The translations under genes were made by a program, and so were the position numbers. DNA of 6,773 nucleotides from a virus (taxonomy: Duplodnaviria > Heunggongvirae > Uroviricota > Caudoviricetes), in IMG/VR virus record IMGVR_UViG_2778261086_000001, positions 1 through 6,773 of that record; one strand, given 5' to 3'. Shown here piece after piece: positions 1 to 6,773 of this stretch. The notes below the pieces were generated by a model. The model did not search any database. It saw nothing but the letters and a program-made list of their open reading frames with translations, and was not told the DNA's origin. Position 1 is the stretch's first letter; each line of letters begins with the position of its first letter.

Positions 1-117
1 ATTATATCGAATGTGATTACAATCGGTGGCGGCGGCACAGTTGGTGTGGCGGCCTCAGTCCGGAACAATTTGAAAACCAGAACCTCGCTTAGGCCTGTGT
101 CCATATTACGTGGGTAG

Positions 118-645
<528 letters not shown>

Positions 646-827
646 GGTAATATTAAATCGGAACATTTACATCGCGGAATGTAAAATTTAAATAAAAAGG
701 ACTCTTCCATGAGCCAAAATTCCTGAAATCTTAAGGGTAAGATAAAAGGTCTTAATCAGAATGACACGTTTTATTAATAAATAAAGCTATTCTTTCATTG
801 CTGTGTTTTTCTTTACAAAAGTAATCC

Positions 828-856
828 TTGCTATGGGTGGTTAATCATGCGTTAAT
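828..856 (+). promoter_or_regulatory. Putative sigma70 promoter of cspI (TTGCTA-N17-GTTAAT), implying a ~145-nt 5' UTR
   Basis: Hexamers TTGCTA (828-833) and GTTAAT (851-856) with a 17-bp spacer in AT-rich DNA. Resembles the cspA promoter layout (TTGCAT-N17-CTTAAT, from memory). The predicted start near 863 gives the long leader typical of cspA-family genes. By eye only. Confidence 0.3.
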
Positions 857-1007
857 GGTGTTCTGGTTTGTTACAAATTTATCTGAAGCAGTCATTGTTA
901 TAATTTTATTATTTGTACCTCTTGAGATTTCCTTGTTGGTTTTTCTCTCTGATATTTTTTTTCGGACCATTCTGCCCAAGGGCTAATTTCTTCAAAAGGT
1001 AATAATT

Positions 1008-1220
1008 ATGTCTAACAAAATGACTGGTTTAGTGAAATGGTTTAACCCTGAAAAAGGTTTTGGTTTCATCACGCCGAAAGATGGCAGCAAAGATGTGTTT
1101 GTCCATTTCTCAGCAATTCAGAGCAACGATTTCAAAACATTAACTGAGAATCAGGAAGTTGAATTTGGTATTGAGAACGGACCTAAAGGTCCTGCCGCTG
1201 TTCATGTAGTGGCGCTTTGA
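1008..1220 (+). CDS. cspI: Cold-shock protein, CspA family (CspI-like)
   Basis: 70-aa [41 protein letters not shown]... with the RNP1 (KGFGFI) and RNP2 (VFVHF) motifs of the cold-shock domain. The AAAGGTAATA Shine-Dalgarno context resembles cspA. Sequence matches my recollection of K-12 Qin CspI. Confidence 0.9.
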   Translation: MSNKMTGLVKWFNPEKGFGFITPKDGSKDVFVHFSAIQSNDFKTLTENQEVEFGIENGPKGPAAVHVVAL

Positions 1221-1242
1221 GGTAGACAATATTACAAACCAT

Positions 1243-1419
1243 ATTCACTTTAGATGCCCGTGTTGTCATGGTTCCCAGTATAGAACATCATCTTTTGATG
1301 TTTCTGACATGAATCCTTTCGGGGCAAAATGTATCTTTTGTAAATCAATGATGATTACATTTGATAATATTTCACAATACTTAAATGCCAGCCGTCTGTC
1401 GTTGGATTTAAAAAAGTGA
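1243..1419 (+). CDS. Putative zinc-ribbon small protein (CPCC...CIFC); start codon uncertain, no in-frame ATG/GTG/TTG upstream of the first Cys pair
   Basis: Open frame from 1210 to TGA 1417-1419 encoding ...HFRCPCCHGSQYRTSSFDVSDMNPFGAKCIFCKSMMITFDNISQYLNASRLSLDLKK. Two Cys pairs about 22 residues apart suggest a zinc ribbon. The only in-frame ATG (1309) lies after the first Cys pair; ATT at 1243 is used here as a nominal start. An intrinsic terminator follows immediately. Could be a start-codon-mutated pseudogene. Confidence 0.3.
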   Translation: MHFRCPCCHGSQYRTSSFDVSDMNPFGAKCIFCKSMMITFDNISQYLNASRLSLDLKK

Positions 1420-1423
1420 AAAT

Positions 1424-1448
1424 GAAGGCTCCTTCGGGAGCTTTTTTG
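1424..1448 (+). terminator. Rho-independent terminator closing the cspI / micro-ORF transcription unit
   Basis: GC stem GCTCC/GGAGC around a TTCG tetraloop (1428-1441), extendable by A-U pairs, followed by TTTTTT (1442-1447). Confidence 0.5.
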
Positions 1449-1491
1449 CTTGGTGTCTATTCGATGGATACTCACATACTACGGTAACATC

Positions 1492-1722
1492 ATGAAAAAA
1501 ATCATAGTTTTTTTTAACTCTGAACCAGCAGTGGTAGTGCCAGCGATGACTGGAGTTAACACCATCATGCGTGAATATCCAAATGGCGAAAAAACACACC
1601 TTACTGTAATGGCCGCAGGGTTTCCATCTCTGACCGGAGATCATAAAGTCATTTATGTAGCCGCGGATCGACATGTTACTTCAGAAGAAATTCTGGAAGC
1701 AGCAATAAGGCTCTTGAGTTGA
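1492..1722 (+). CDS. Small hypothetical protein of the Qin-type cold-shock cargo cluster (possibly YnfN/YmcE-like)
   Basis: 76-aa ORF MKKIIVFFNSEPAVVVPAMTGVNTIMREYPNGEKTHLTVMAAGFPSLTGDHKVIYVAADRHVTSEEILEAAIRLLS, immediately upstream of gnsB on the same strand. No strong Shine-Dalgarno at 1492. An internal ATG at 1567 (GGAG 11 nt upstream) would give 51 aa. Identity is inferred from position, not from recognised sequence. Confidence 0.5.
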   Translation: MKKIIVFFNSEPAVVVPAMTGVNTIMREYPNGEKTHLTVMAAGFPSLTGDHKVIYVAADRHVTSEEILEAAIRLLS

Positions 1723-1811
1723 TTTGATGCTATTGCATTGATAATTCAGGAAAATTCTCTTTGTCTGTTTGTGTAAAATTTAGACTATCGTATGTTGATT
1801 ATTGCGATGTT

Positions 1812-1846
1812 TCATCTTATCTTTTACACGTTTGCACCATATAATC
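1812..1846 (+). promoter_or_regulatory. Putative promoter upstream of gnsB (consensus -10 TATAAT at 1840-1845)
   Basis: Perfect TATAAT hexamer 48 nt upstream of the gnsB start. No well-spaced -35 (TTTACA at 1823-1828 is only 11 bp away). Weak call. Confidence 0.25.
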
Positions 1847-1893
1847 GACTTACTGTGTAACTGGAAAGTCATAACAGACTAAAAGAGGAAATG

Positions 1894-2067
1894 ATGAATA
1901 TTGAAAACTTAAAAACAAAAGCAGAAGCAGATATTTCTGAATATATAACAAAAAAAATTATTGAACTTAAGAAAAAGACCGGGAAAGAAGTTACCAGTAT
2001 TCAGTTTACCGCACGGGAAAAAATGACGGGTCTTGAAAGCTATGATGTCAAGATTAATTTAATCTGA
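1894..2067 (+). CDS. gnsB: GnsB (GnsA/GnsB family small protein, Qin prophage)
   Basis: 57-aa ORF MNIENLKTKAEADISEYITKKIIELKKKTGKEVTSIQFTAREKMTGLESYDVKINLI with AAGAGG Shine-Dalgarno 5 nt upstream. Matches my recollection of GnsB and closely resembles GnsA. Confidence 0.85.
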   Translation: MNIENLKTKAEADISEYITKKIIELKKKTGKEVTSIQFTAREKMTGLESYDVKINLI

Positions 2068-2093
2068 TGTATTCAATAATAAAATTTATCCAT

Positions 2094-2125
2094 AAACCTC
2101 GTTTTTACGGGGTTTTGTTATATTT
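2094..2125 (+). terminator. Putative intrinsic terminator downstream of gnsB
   Basis: Hairpin AAACCTCG / CGGGGTTT (2094-2101 and 2108-2115) with a 6-nt loop, followed by a T-rich stretch (TGTTATATTT). Confidence 0.4.
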
Positions 2126-2181
2126 GAATGGTTCCGAATATCTAAATCACAATTGTTGATGGTTTTTATTAAACCAATGCA

Positions 2182-2210
2182 GTCCGGCTCAGGAGTGAGA
2201 GAAGCCGGAC
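2182..2210 (-). terminator. Putative intrinsic terminator of the minus-strand ynfO-ydfO unit
   Basis: Perfect 8-bp stem GTCCGGCT / AGCCGGAC (2182-2189 and 2203-2210) directly 3' of the ydfO stop on the minus strand, followed on that strand by a U-containing tract (UGCAUUGGUUUAAU). Confidence 0.35.
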
Positions 2211-2218
2211 GTTATGGT

Positions 2219-2629
2219 TTAGCGTGGTAAGATCTGTGTAGTTTTCTGGATGCTTTCAGTAAATAGTAATGAATTATCAAAGGTATAGTAATATCTTTTT
2301 TGTTCGTGGATATTTGTAACCCACCGAAAAACTCCTGCTTTAGCAAGGTTTCTTCTGTATTCCTGAAATGTGATCTCTCTGGATTTCAGCTTATTAGAGG
2401 TCGTTTCTATAAGATGCCTATCCTTTGAAAATTTGACAGACACAATGTTTTTTAGGCCCTTTAATAACACTGTATTATCATTTTTTAATACAATATGAAC
2501 ATTCTCTGTGGCTAAATAGTAAATGTAATGTGAGACATTGTGACGTTTTAGCTCAGAATAAAACCATTGATAGTTTAAATCGTTTCGAACTTTATCAAAT
2601 ATTTGTTTAAAAATGACTACCTGATCCAT
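2219..2629 (-). CDS. ydfO: DUF1398-family protein (YdfO/YbcV-like prophage protein)
   Basis: Minus-strand [34 protein letters not shown]...QKTTQILPR (136 aa from ATG 2629; the track's extended start at 2644 gives 141 aa). Neither start has a strong Shine-Dalgarno. Matches my recollection of K-12 Qin YdfO; lies in the Rz-cos interval as YbcV does in DLP12. Confidence 0.75.
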
Positions 2630-2686
2630 AGATAAACCGTCCATGTGATATGAGGGGGCGTAGTCTGCACGATTATCTAAATTGCT

Positions 2687-2920
2687 TCAATCTGGTCTGA
2701 CCTGTTTTCTGAGCAATTCAGTAATGTCACTCTTTTCTTTGTTTGCTTCAGAAGAAACTCTTTTTTCTGAGCACAGTCTCCGGCGGCAGGCTTCAATGAC
2801 CCAGGCTGAGAAATTCCCGGACCCTTTTTGCTCAAGAGCGATGTTAATTTGTTCAATCATTTGGTTAGGAAAGCGGATGTTGCGGGTTGTTGTTCTGCGG
2901 GTTCTGTTCTTCGTTGACAT
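2687..2920 (-). CDS. ynfO: Small ribbon-helix-helix-like protein (YnfO/YlcI-like), directly upstream of ydfO on the same strand
   Basis: 77-aa minus-strand ORF MSTKNRTRRTTTRNIRFPNQMIEQINIALEQKGSGNFSAWVIEACRRRL... The pattern of a basic N-terminus, a short strand (RNIRFP), helix, Gly turn and second helix is RHH-like. The antisense + ORF 2682..2948 was rejected. The lambda right end just before cos carries a similar small minus-strand ORF, as far as I recall. Confidence 0.65.
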   Translation of the reverse strand: MSTKNRTRRTTTRNIRFPNQMIEQINIALEQKGSGNFSAWVIEACRRRLCSEKRVSSEANKEKSDITELLRKQVRPD

Positions 2921-3094
2921 GAGGTTGCCCCGTATTCAGTGTCGCTGATTTGTATTGTCTGAAGTTGTTTTTACGTTAAGTTGATGCAGATCAATTAATA
3001 CGATACCTGCGTCATAATTGATTATTTGACGTGGTTTGATGGCCTCCACGCACGTTGTGATATGTAGATGATAATCATTATCACTTTACGGGTC

Positions 3095-3295
3095 CTTTCC
3101 GGTGATCCGACAGGTTACGGGGCGGCGACCTCGCGGGTTTTCGCTATTTATGAAAATTTTCCGGTTTAAGGCGTTTCCGTTCTTCTTCGTCGTAACTTAA
3201 TGTTTTTATTTAAAATACCCCCTAAAAAGAAAGGAAACGACAGGTGCTGAAAACGAACTTTTGGGCCTCTGTCGTTTCCTTTCTCTGTTTTTGGC
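3095..3295. other. Lambdoid cos site: cosQ, cosN (12-nt cohesive end GGGCGGCGACCT at 3120-3131) and cosB with terminase R sites
   Basis: 3090-3119 reads ...GGGTCCTTTCCGGTGATCCGACAGGTTACG (the lambda right end) followed at 3120 by GGGCGGCGACCTCGCGGGTTTTCGCTATTTATGAAAATTTTCCGGTTTAAGGCGTTTCCGTTCTTCTTCG..., which is near-identical to the first ~190 nt of the lambda genome as I remember it, and leads into the Nu1 homolog. Confidence 0.9.
3229..3283. repeat. Perfect 15-bp inverted repeat GAAAGGAAACGACAG / CTGTCGTTTCCTTTC (lambda cosB R2/R1 terminase small-subunit binding sites)
   Basis: 3229-3243 and 3269-3283 are exact reverse complements. A third copy of the CGTTTCC core (R3) lies at about 3172-3183. 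Confidence 0.7.
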
Positions 3296-3308
3296 CGTGG
3301 AATGAACA

Positions 3309-3830
3309 ATGGAAGTCAACAAAAAGCAGCTGGCTGACATTTTCGGTGCGAGTATCCGTACCATTCAGAACTGGCAGGAACAGGGAATGCCCGTTCTGCG
3401 AGGCGGTGGCAAGGGTAATGAGGTGCTTTATGACTCTGCCGCCGTTATAAGATGGTATGCCGAAAGGGATGCTGAAATTGAGAACGAAAAGCTGCGCCGG
3501 GAAGTTGAAGAACTGCGGCGGGCCAGCGAGACAGATCTCCAGCCAGGGACTATTGAGTACGAACGCCATCGACTTACGCGTGCGCAGGCCGACGCACAGG
3601 AGCTGAAAAATGCCAGAGACTCCGCTGAAGTGGTGGAAACCGCATTCTGTACTTTCGTGCTGTCGCGGATCGCAGGTGAAATTGCCAGTATTCTCGACGG
3701 GATCCCCCTGTCGGTGCAGCGGCGTTTTCCGGAACTGGAAAACCGACATGTTGATTTCCTGAAACGGGATATCATCAAAGCCATGAACAAAGCAGCCGCG
3801 CTGGATGAACTGATACAGCATGGACGTTGA
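3309..3830 (+). CDS. nohA: Terminase small subunit Nu1 homolog, C-terminally truncated (NohA/NohQ-like)
   Basis: 173-aa [72 protein letters not shown]... that follows lambda Nu1 (181 aa) closely through residue ~168 and then ends ...ELIQHGR instead of ELIPGLLSEYIEQSG. No terminase large subunit gene follows. Confidence 0.9.
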   Translation: MEVNKKQLADIFGASIRTIQNWQEQGMPVLRGGGKGNEVLYDSAAVIRWYAERDAEIENEKLRREVEELRRASETDLQPGTIEYERHRLTRAQADAQELKNARDSAEVVETAFCTFVLSRIAGEIASILDGIPLSVQRRFPELENRHVDFLKRDIIKAMNKAAALDELIQHGR

Positions 3831-6696
3831 GTACGGTCAGTACAGCGTTATTCTGTTGGTGGAGGGATTCCCGCCGTCACATGCCGGGACCATCACCGTG
3901 TATGAAGATTCTCAACCCGGTACGCTGAATGATTTTCTCGGTGCCATGACGGAGGATGATGCCCGTCCGGAGGCACTGCGTCGTTTTGAACTGATGGTGG
4001 AAGAGGTGGCGCGTAACGCGTCCGTGGTGGCACAGAACACGGCAGCCGCAAAGAAGTCAGCCAGTGATGCCAGCACATCTGCCAGTGAGGCGGCAACCCG
4101 TGCGACTGATGCTGCAGATTCAGCACGTGCAGCCAGCACGTCAGCCGGACAGGCCGCGTCGTCGGCTCAGTCAGCGTCTTCCAGCGCAGGAACGGCATCA
4201 ACAAAGGCCACTGAAGCCTCAAAAAGTGCTGCCGCTGCAGAGTCCTCAAAAAGCGCGGCGGCTACCAGTGCCGGTGCGGCGAAAACGTCAGAAACGAATG
4301 CGGCAGCGTCAGAACAATCAGCCGCCACTTCTGCATCCACCGCGACCACGAAAGCGTCAGAAGCTGCCACCTCAGCCAGGGATGCGTCGGCTTCAAAAGA
4401 GGCGGCAAAATCATCAGAAACGAGCGCAGCCTCGAGCGCCAGTCGTGCAGCCTCCTCGGCAACAGCGGCAGGAACTTCCGCGAAGGCGGCAAAAACGTCC
4501 GAGACGAACGCAAAGTCTTCTGAGACGGCAGCGGGACAGAGTGCCTCCGCAGCAGCAGACTCAAAAACAGCGGCTGCCTCATCTGCCAGCGCCGCGTCAA
4601 CAAATGCCGGGCAGGCCTCAGCCAGTGCCACCGCTGCCGGAAAGTCGGCAGAAAGCGCCGCATCATCCGCTTCAACAGCCACAACGAAGGCTGGCGAAGC
4701 CACTGAACAGGCCACGGTAGCAGCGAGGTCAGCTTCCGCAGCGAAGACATCCGAAACGAACGCGAAAGCGTCGGAAACCAGCGCAGAATCCTCAAAAACG
4801 GCTGCCGCATCGTCAGCCAGTTCGGCGGCGTCATCGGCATCATCGGCGTCTGCTTCAAAAGATGAGGCGACCAGACAGGCGTCAGCAGCGAAGGGCAGCG
4901 CCACGACGGCATCCACGAAGGCGACAGAGGCAGCTGGCAGTGCGACGGCGGCAGCTCAGAGCAAAAGTACGGCGGAATCCGCGGCAACGCGCGCCGAGAC
5001 AGCAGCAAAACGGGCAGAGGATATTGCATCCGCCGTGGCGCTTGAGGATGCGAGCACGACGAAAAAGGGGATAGTACAGCTCAGCAGTGCGACCAACAGT
5101 ACGTCTGAAACGCTGGCGGCAACGCCAAAGGCAGTAAAATCAGCCTATGACAATGCAGAGAAACGTCTGCAGAAAGACCAGAACGGCACTGATATACCCG
5201 ATAAGGGACGCTTCCTGAACAACATTAACGCGGTCAGTAAAATAGACTTTGCTGATAAGCGTGGTATGCGTTATGTGCGGGTTAACGCTCCTGCAGGTGC
5301 AACATCTGGAAAATATTACCCTGTTGTTGTTATGCGTTCTGCTGGCTCAGTAAGCGAACTGGCATCAAGGGTCATTATCACCACGGCAACGCGAACCGCA
5401 GGCGATCCGATGAATAACTGCGAGTTTAACGGATTTGTTATGCCTGGTGGCTGGACTGACAGGGGGCGTTATGCTTATGGAATGTTCTGGCAATATCAAA
5501 ACAATGAACGAGCCATCCACTCAATAATGATGAGTAATAAGGGCGATGATTTGCGCTCTGTGTTCTATGTTGATGGCGCTGCTTTCCCTGTTTTTGCGTT
5601 TATCGAAGATGGCCTGTCAATATCCGCACCTGGTGCTGATCTCGTTGTTAATGATACGACCTATAAGTTTGGGGCAACAAATCCAGCGACTGAATGTATC
5701 GCGGCGGACGTTATCCTTGATTTTAAGAGTGGGCGTGGTTTTTATGAGTCTCATTCGTTAATCGTTAACGATAATTTGTCGTGCAAAAAACTTTTTGCCA
5801 CAGACGAAATTGTAGCGCGTGGTGGTAATCAGATTCGAATGATAGGTGGGGAGTATGGTGCATTATGGCGTAATGATGGCGCTAAAACTTACCTGCTGCT
5901 TACCAATCAAGGTGATGTTTATGGTGGCTGGAATACATTAAGACCGTTTGCTATTGATAACGCAACCGGCGAACTGGTTATTGGAACCAAACTGTCCGCA
6001 AGTCTGAACGGTAATGCATTAACAGCAACAAAGCTGCAAACGCCAAGACTGGTTTCTGGTGTTGAGTTTGATGGTTCCAGAGATATTACTTTAACCGCCG
6101 CGCATGTGGCTGCTTTTGCCAGAAGGGCAACGGATACATATGCCGATGCGGATGGTGGCGTTCCCTGGAATGCCGAATCAGGTGCTTACAATGTCACCCG
6201 CTCTGGCGACAGCTATATTCTGGTTAACTTCTATACCGGAGTCGGAAGTTGCCGGACCTTGCAGATGAAGGCGCATTACAGAAATGGTGGTCTGTTCTAC
6301 CGTTCTTCAAGAGACGGTTATGGTTTTGAGGATGACTGGGCAGAAGTTTATACCTCGAAAAATCTTCCACCAGAAAGCTACCCAGTCGGCGCACCAATCC
6401 CGTGGCCATCAGATACCGTTCCGTCTGGCTATGCCCTGATGCAGGGGCAGACTTTTGACAAATCTGCATACCCGAAACTTGCAGTGGCTTATCCGTCAGG
6501 CGTTATTCCTGATATGCGTGGCTGGACGATTAAGGGCAAGCCCGCCAGTGGTCGTGCCGTATTGTCTCAGGAACAGGACGGCATTAAATCGCACACCCAC
6601 AGCGCCAGCGCATCCAGTACGGATTTGGGGACGAAAACCACATCATCGTTTGATTACGGCACTAAATCCACGAATAACACTGGTGCACATACCCAT
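3820..6696 (+). pseudogene. stf: Side tail fibre gene (lambda Stf / StfQ/StfR family), missing ~50 N-terminal codons through the deletion that fused it to nohA, and cut at the 3' end by IS2
   Basis: Hand translation from ATG 3820 (11 nt overlap with the nohA stop) gives [72 protein letters not shown]..., which aligns with lambda Stf from residue ~51. A long Ala/Ser/Thr-rich repeat shaft follows, then a beta-rich domain (...[21 protein letters not shown]...), then a lambda-like C-terminal region (...[74 protein letters not shown]...TNNTGAHTH). The frame has no stop to the window end but is replaced by IS2 sequence at 6697. Confidence 0.8.
4040..5010 (+). repeat. Degenerate tandem repeats encoding the Ala/Ser/Thr-rich tail-fibre shaft (recurring AAKTSETNA...SASTATTKA units)
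   Basis: Recurrent DNA motifs such as GCGGCAAAAACGTCNGAGACGAANGC at about 4270, 4490 and 4745. High GC and strong codon periodicity generate the long spurious ORFs in other frames and on the opposite strand (4064..4720 +, 4167..4916 -, 4262..5029 -). Confidence 0.5.
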
Positions 6697-6773
6697 TGGA
6701 TTTGCCCCTATATTTCCAGACACCTGTTATCACTTAACCCATTACTGGCCTGCTGCCGCAGATATTCCCGTGG
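6697..6773 (-). mobile_element. IS2 insertion sequence, right inverted repeat and 3' end of orfB (partial; continues beyond the window)
   Basis: TGGATTTGCCCCTATATTTCCAGACACCTGTTATCACTTAACCCATTAC...CCGCAGATATTCCCGTGG matches my recollection of the IS2 terminal inverted repeat and adjoining insD 3' end. It begins abruptly inside the tail-fibre frame. Confidence 0.85.
6708..6773 (-). CDS. insD: IS2 transposase OrfB (InsD), C-terminal 21 codons only (partial at the window edge)
   Basis: Minus-strand translation of 6773..6708 gives ...[21 protein letters not shown] followed by a stop (TAG, complement of 6708-6710), consistent with an IS2 transposase reading into the terminal repeat. Confidence 0.65.
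   Translation of the reverse strand, partial: PREYLRQQASNGLSDNRCLEI

Noticed and set aside
664-690. AT-rich hairpin (TTTACAT / ATGTAAA) just downstream of the Rz stop, possible terminator
   Set aside because: Stem is only 7 bp and almost all A-T, and it is not followed by a clear T tract. In lambdoid phages late transcription normally reads through this region.
1266-1674. Minus-strand ORFs 1266..1475 and 1408..1674
   Set aside because: Both run antisense across the intrinsic terminator hairpin and the + strand small ORFs. Composition is not protein-like and there is no Shine-Dalgarno.
2682-2948. Plus-strand ORF 2682..2948 (88 aa)
   Set aside because: It is the mirror of the minus-strand 77-aa ORF. 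The minus-strand product has an RHH-like pattern and is co-oriented with ydfO, so the plus-strand frame is considered spurious.
3222-3821. Track ORFs 3222..3821 (-), 3428..3790 (-) and 3244..3450 (+) overlapping cosB and nohA
   Set aside because: Antisense or overlapping the Nu1 homolog, which has unambiguous lambda homology, and covering the non-coding cosB repeats. No supporting start context.
4064-5074. Long ORFs in the track at 4064..4720 (+), 4862..5074 (+), 3893..4249 (-), 3912..4139 (-), 4167..4916 (-) and 4262..5029 (-), encoding Arg/Pro-rich or Ala/Asp-rich low-complexity proteins
   Set aside because: They lie in alternative frames or antisense to the GC-rich, strongly periodic Ala/Ser/Thr repeat shaft of the tail-fibre gene. 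The tail-fibre frame has clear homology to lambda Stf; these are the expected by-products of such repeats.
5546-6469. Track ORFs 5546..5761 (+) and 6224..6469 (-)
   Set aside because: Both fall inside the tail-fibre coding frame, in other frames or antisense. The tail-fibre frame is continuous and homologous to known fibres.

Overview
This window is the late-region remnant of a defective lambdoid (Qin-like) prophage of Escherichia/Shigella. Reading left to right: an Rz/Rz1 spanin pair (end of the lysis cassette); a cargo island with cold-shock gene cspI, a zinc-ribbon-like micro-ORF, a 76-aa small ORF, gnsB and, on the opposite strand, an RHH-like small gene (ynfO-like) plus a DUF1398-type gene (ydfO-like); a lambda-type cos site (cosQ/cosN/cosB); a C-terminally truncated terminase small subunit (Nu1 homolog, nohA-like) joined by an internal deletion directly to a side-tail-fibre gene that lacks its first ~50 codons; and an IS2 end cutting the tail-fibre gene at the right edge. 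No tRNA, rRNA or CRISPR array was seen. All homology statements come from reading the translations and recalling lambda and E. coli K-12 sequences; no searches were run, and gene names for the small cargo ORFs are partly inferred from gene order. The long + strand tail-fibre frame (3820 to window end) is missing from the supplied ORF track, apparently because it runs off the window; I translated it by hand and found no stop. The most interesting candidates for further study are the RHH + DUF1398 pair beside cos, the 76-aa ORF + gnsB pair, and the zinc-ribbon ORF with no AUG start.
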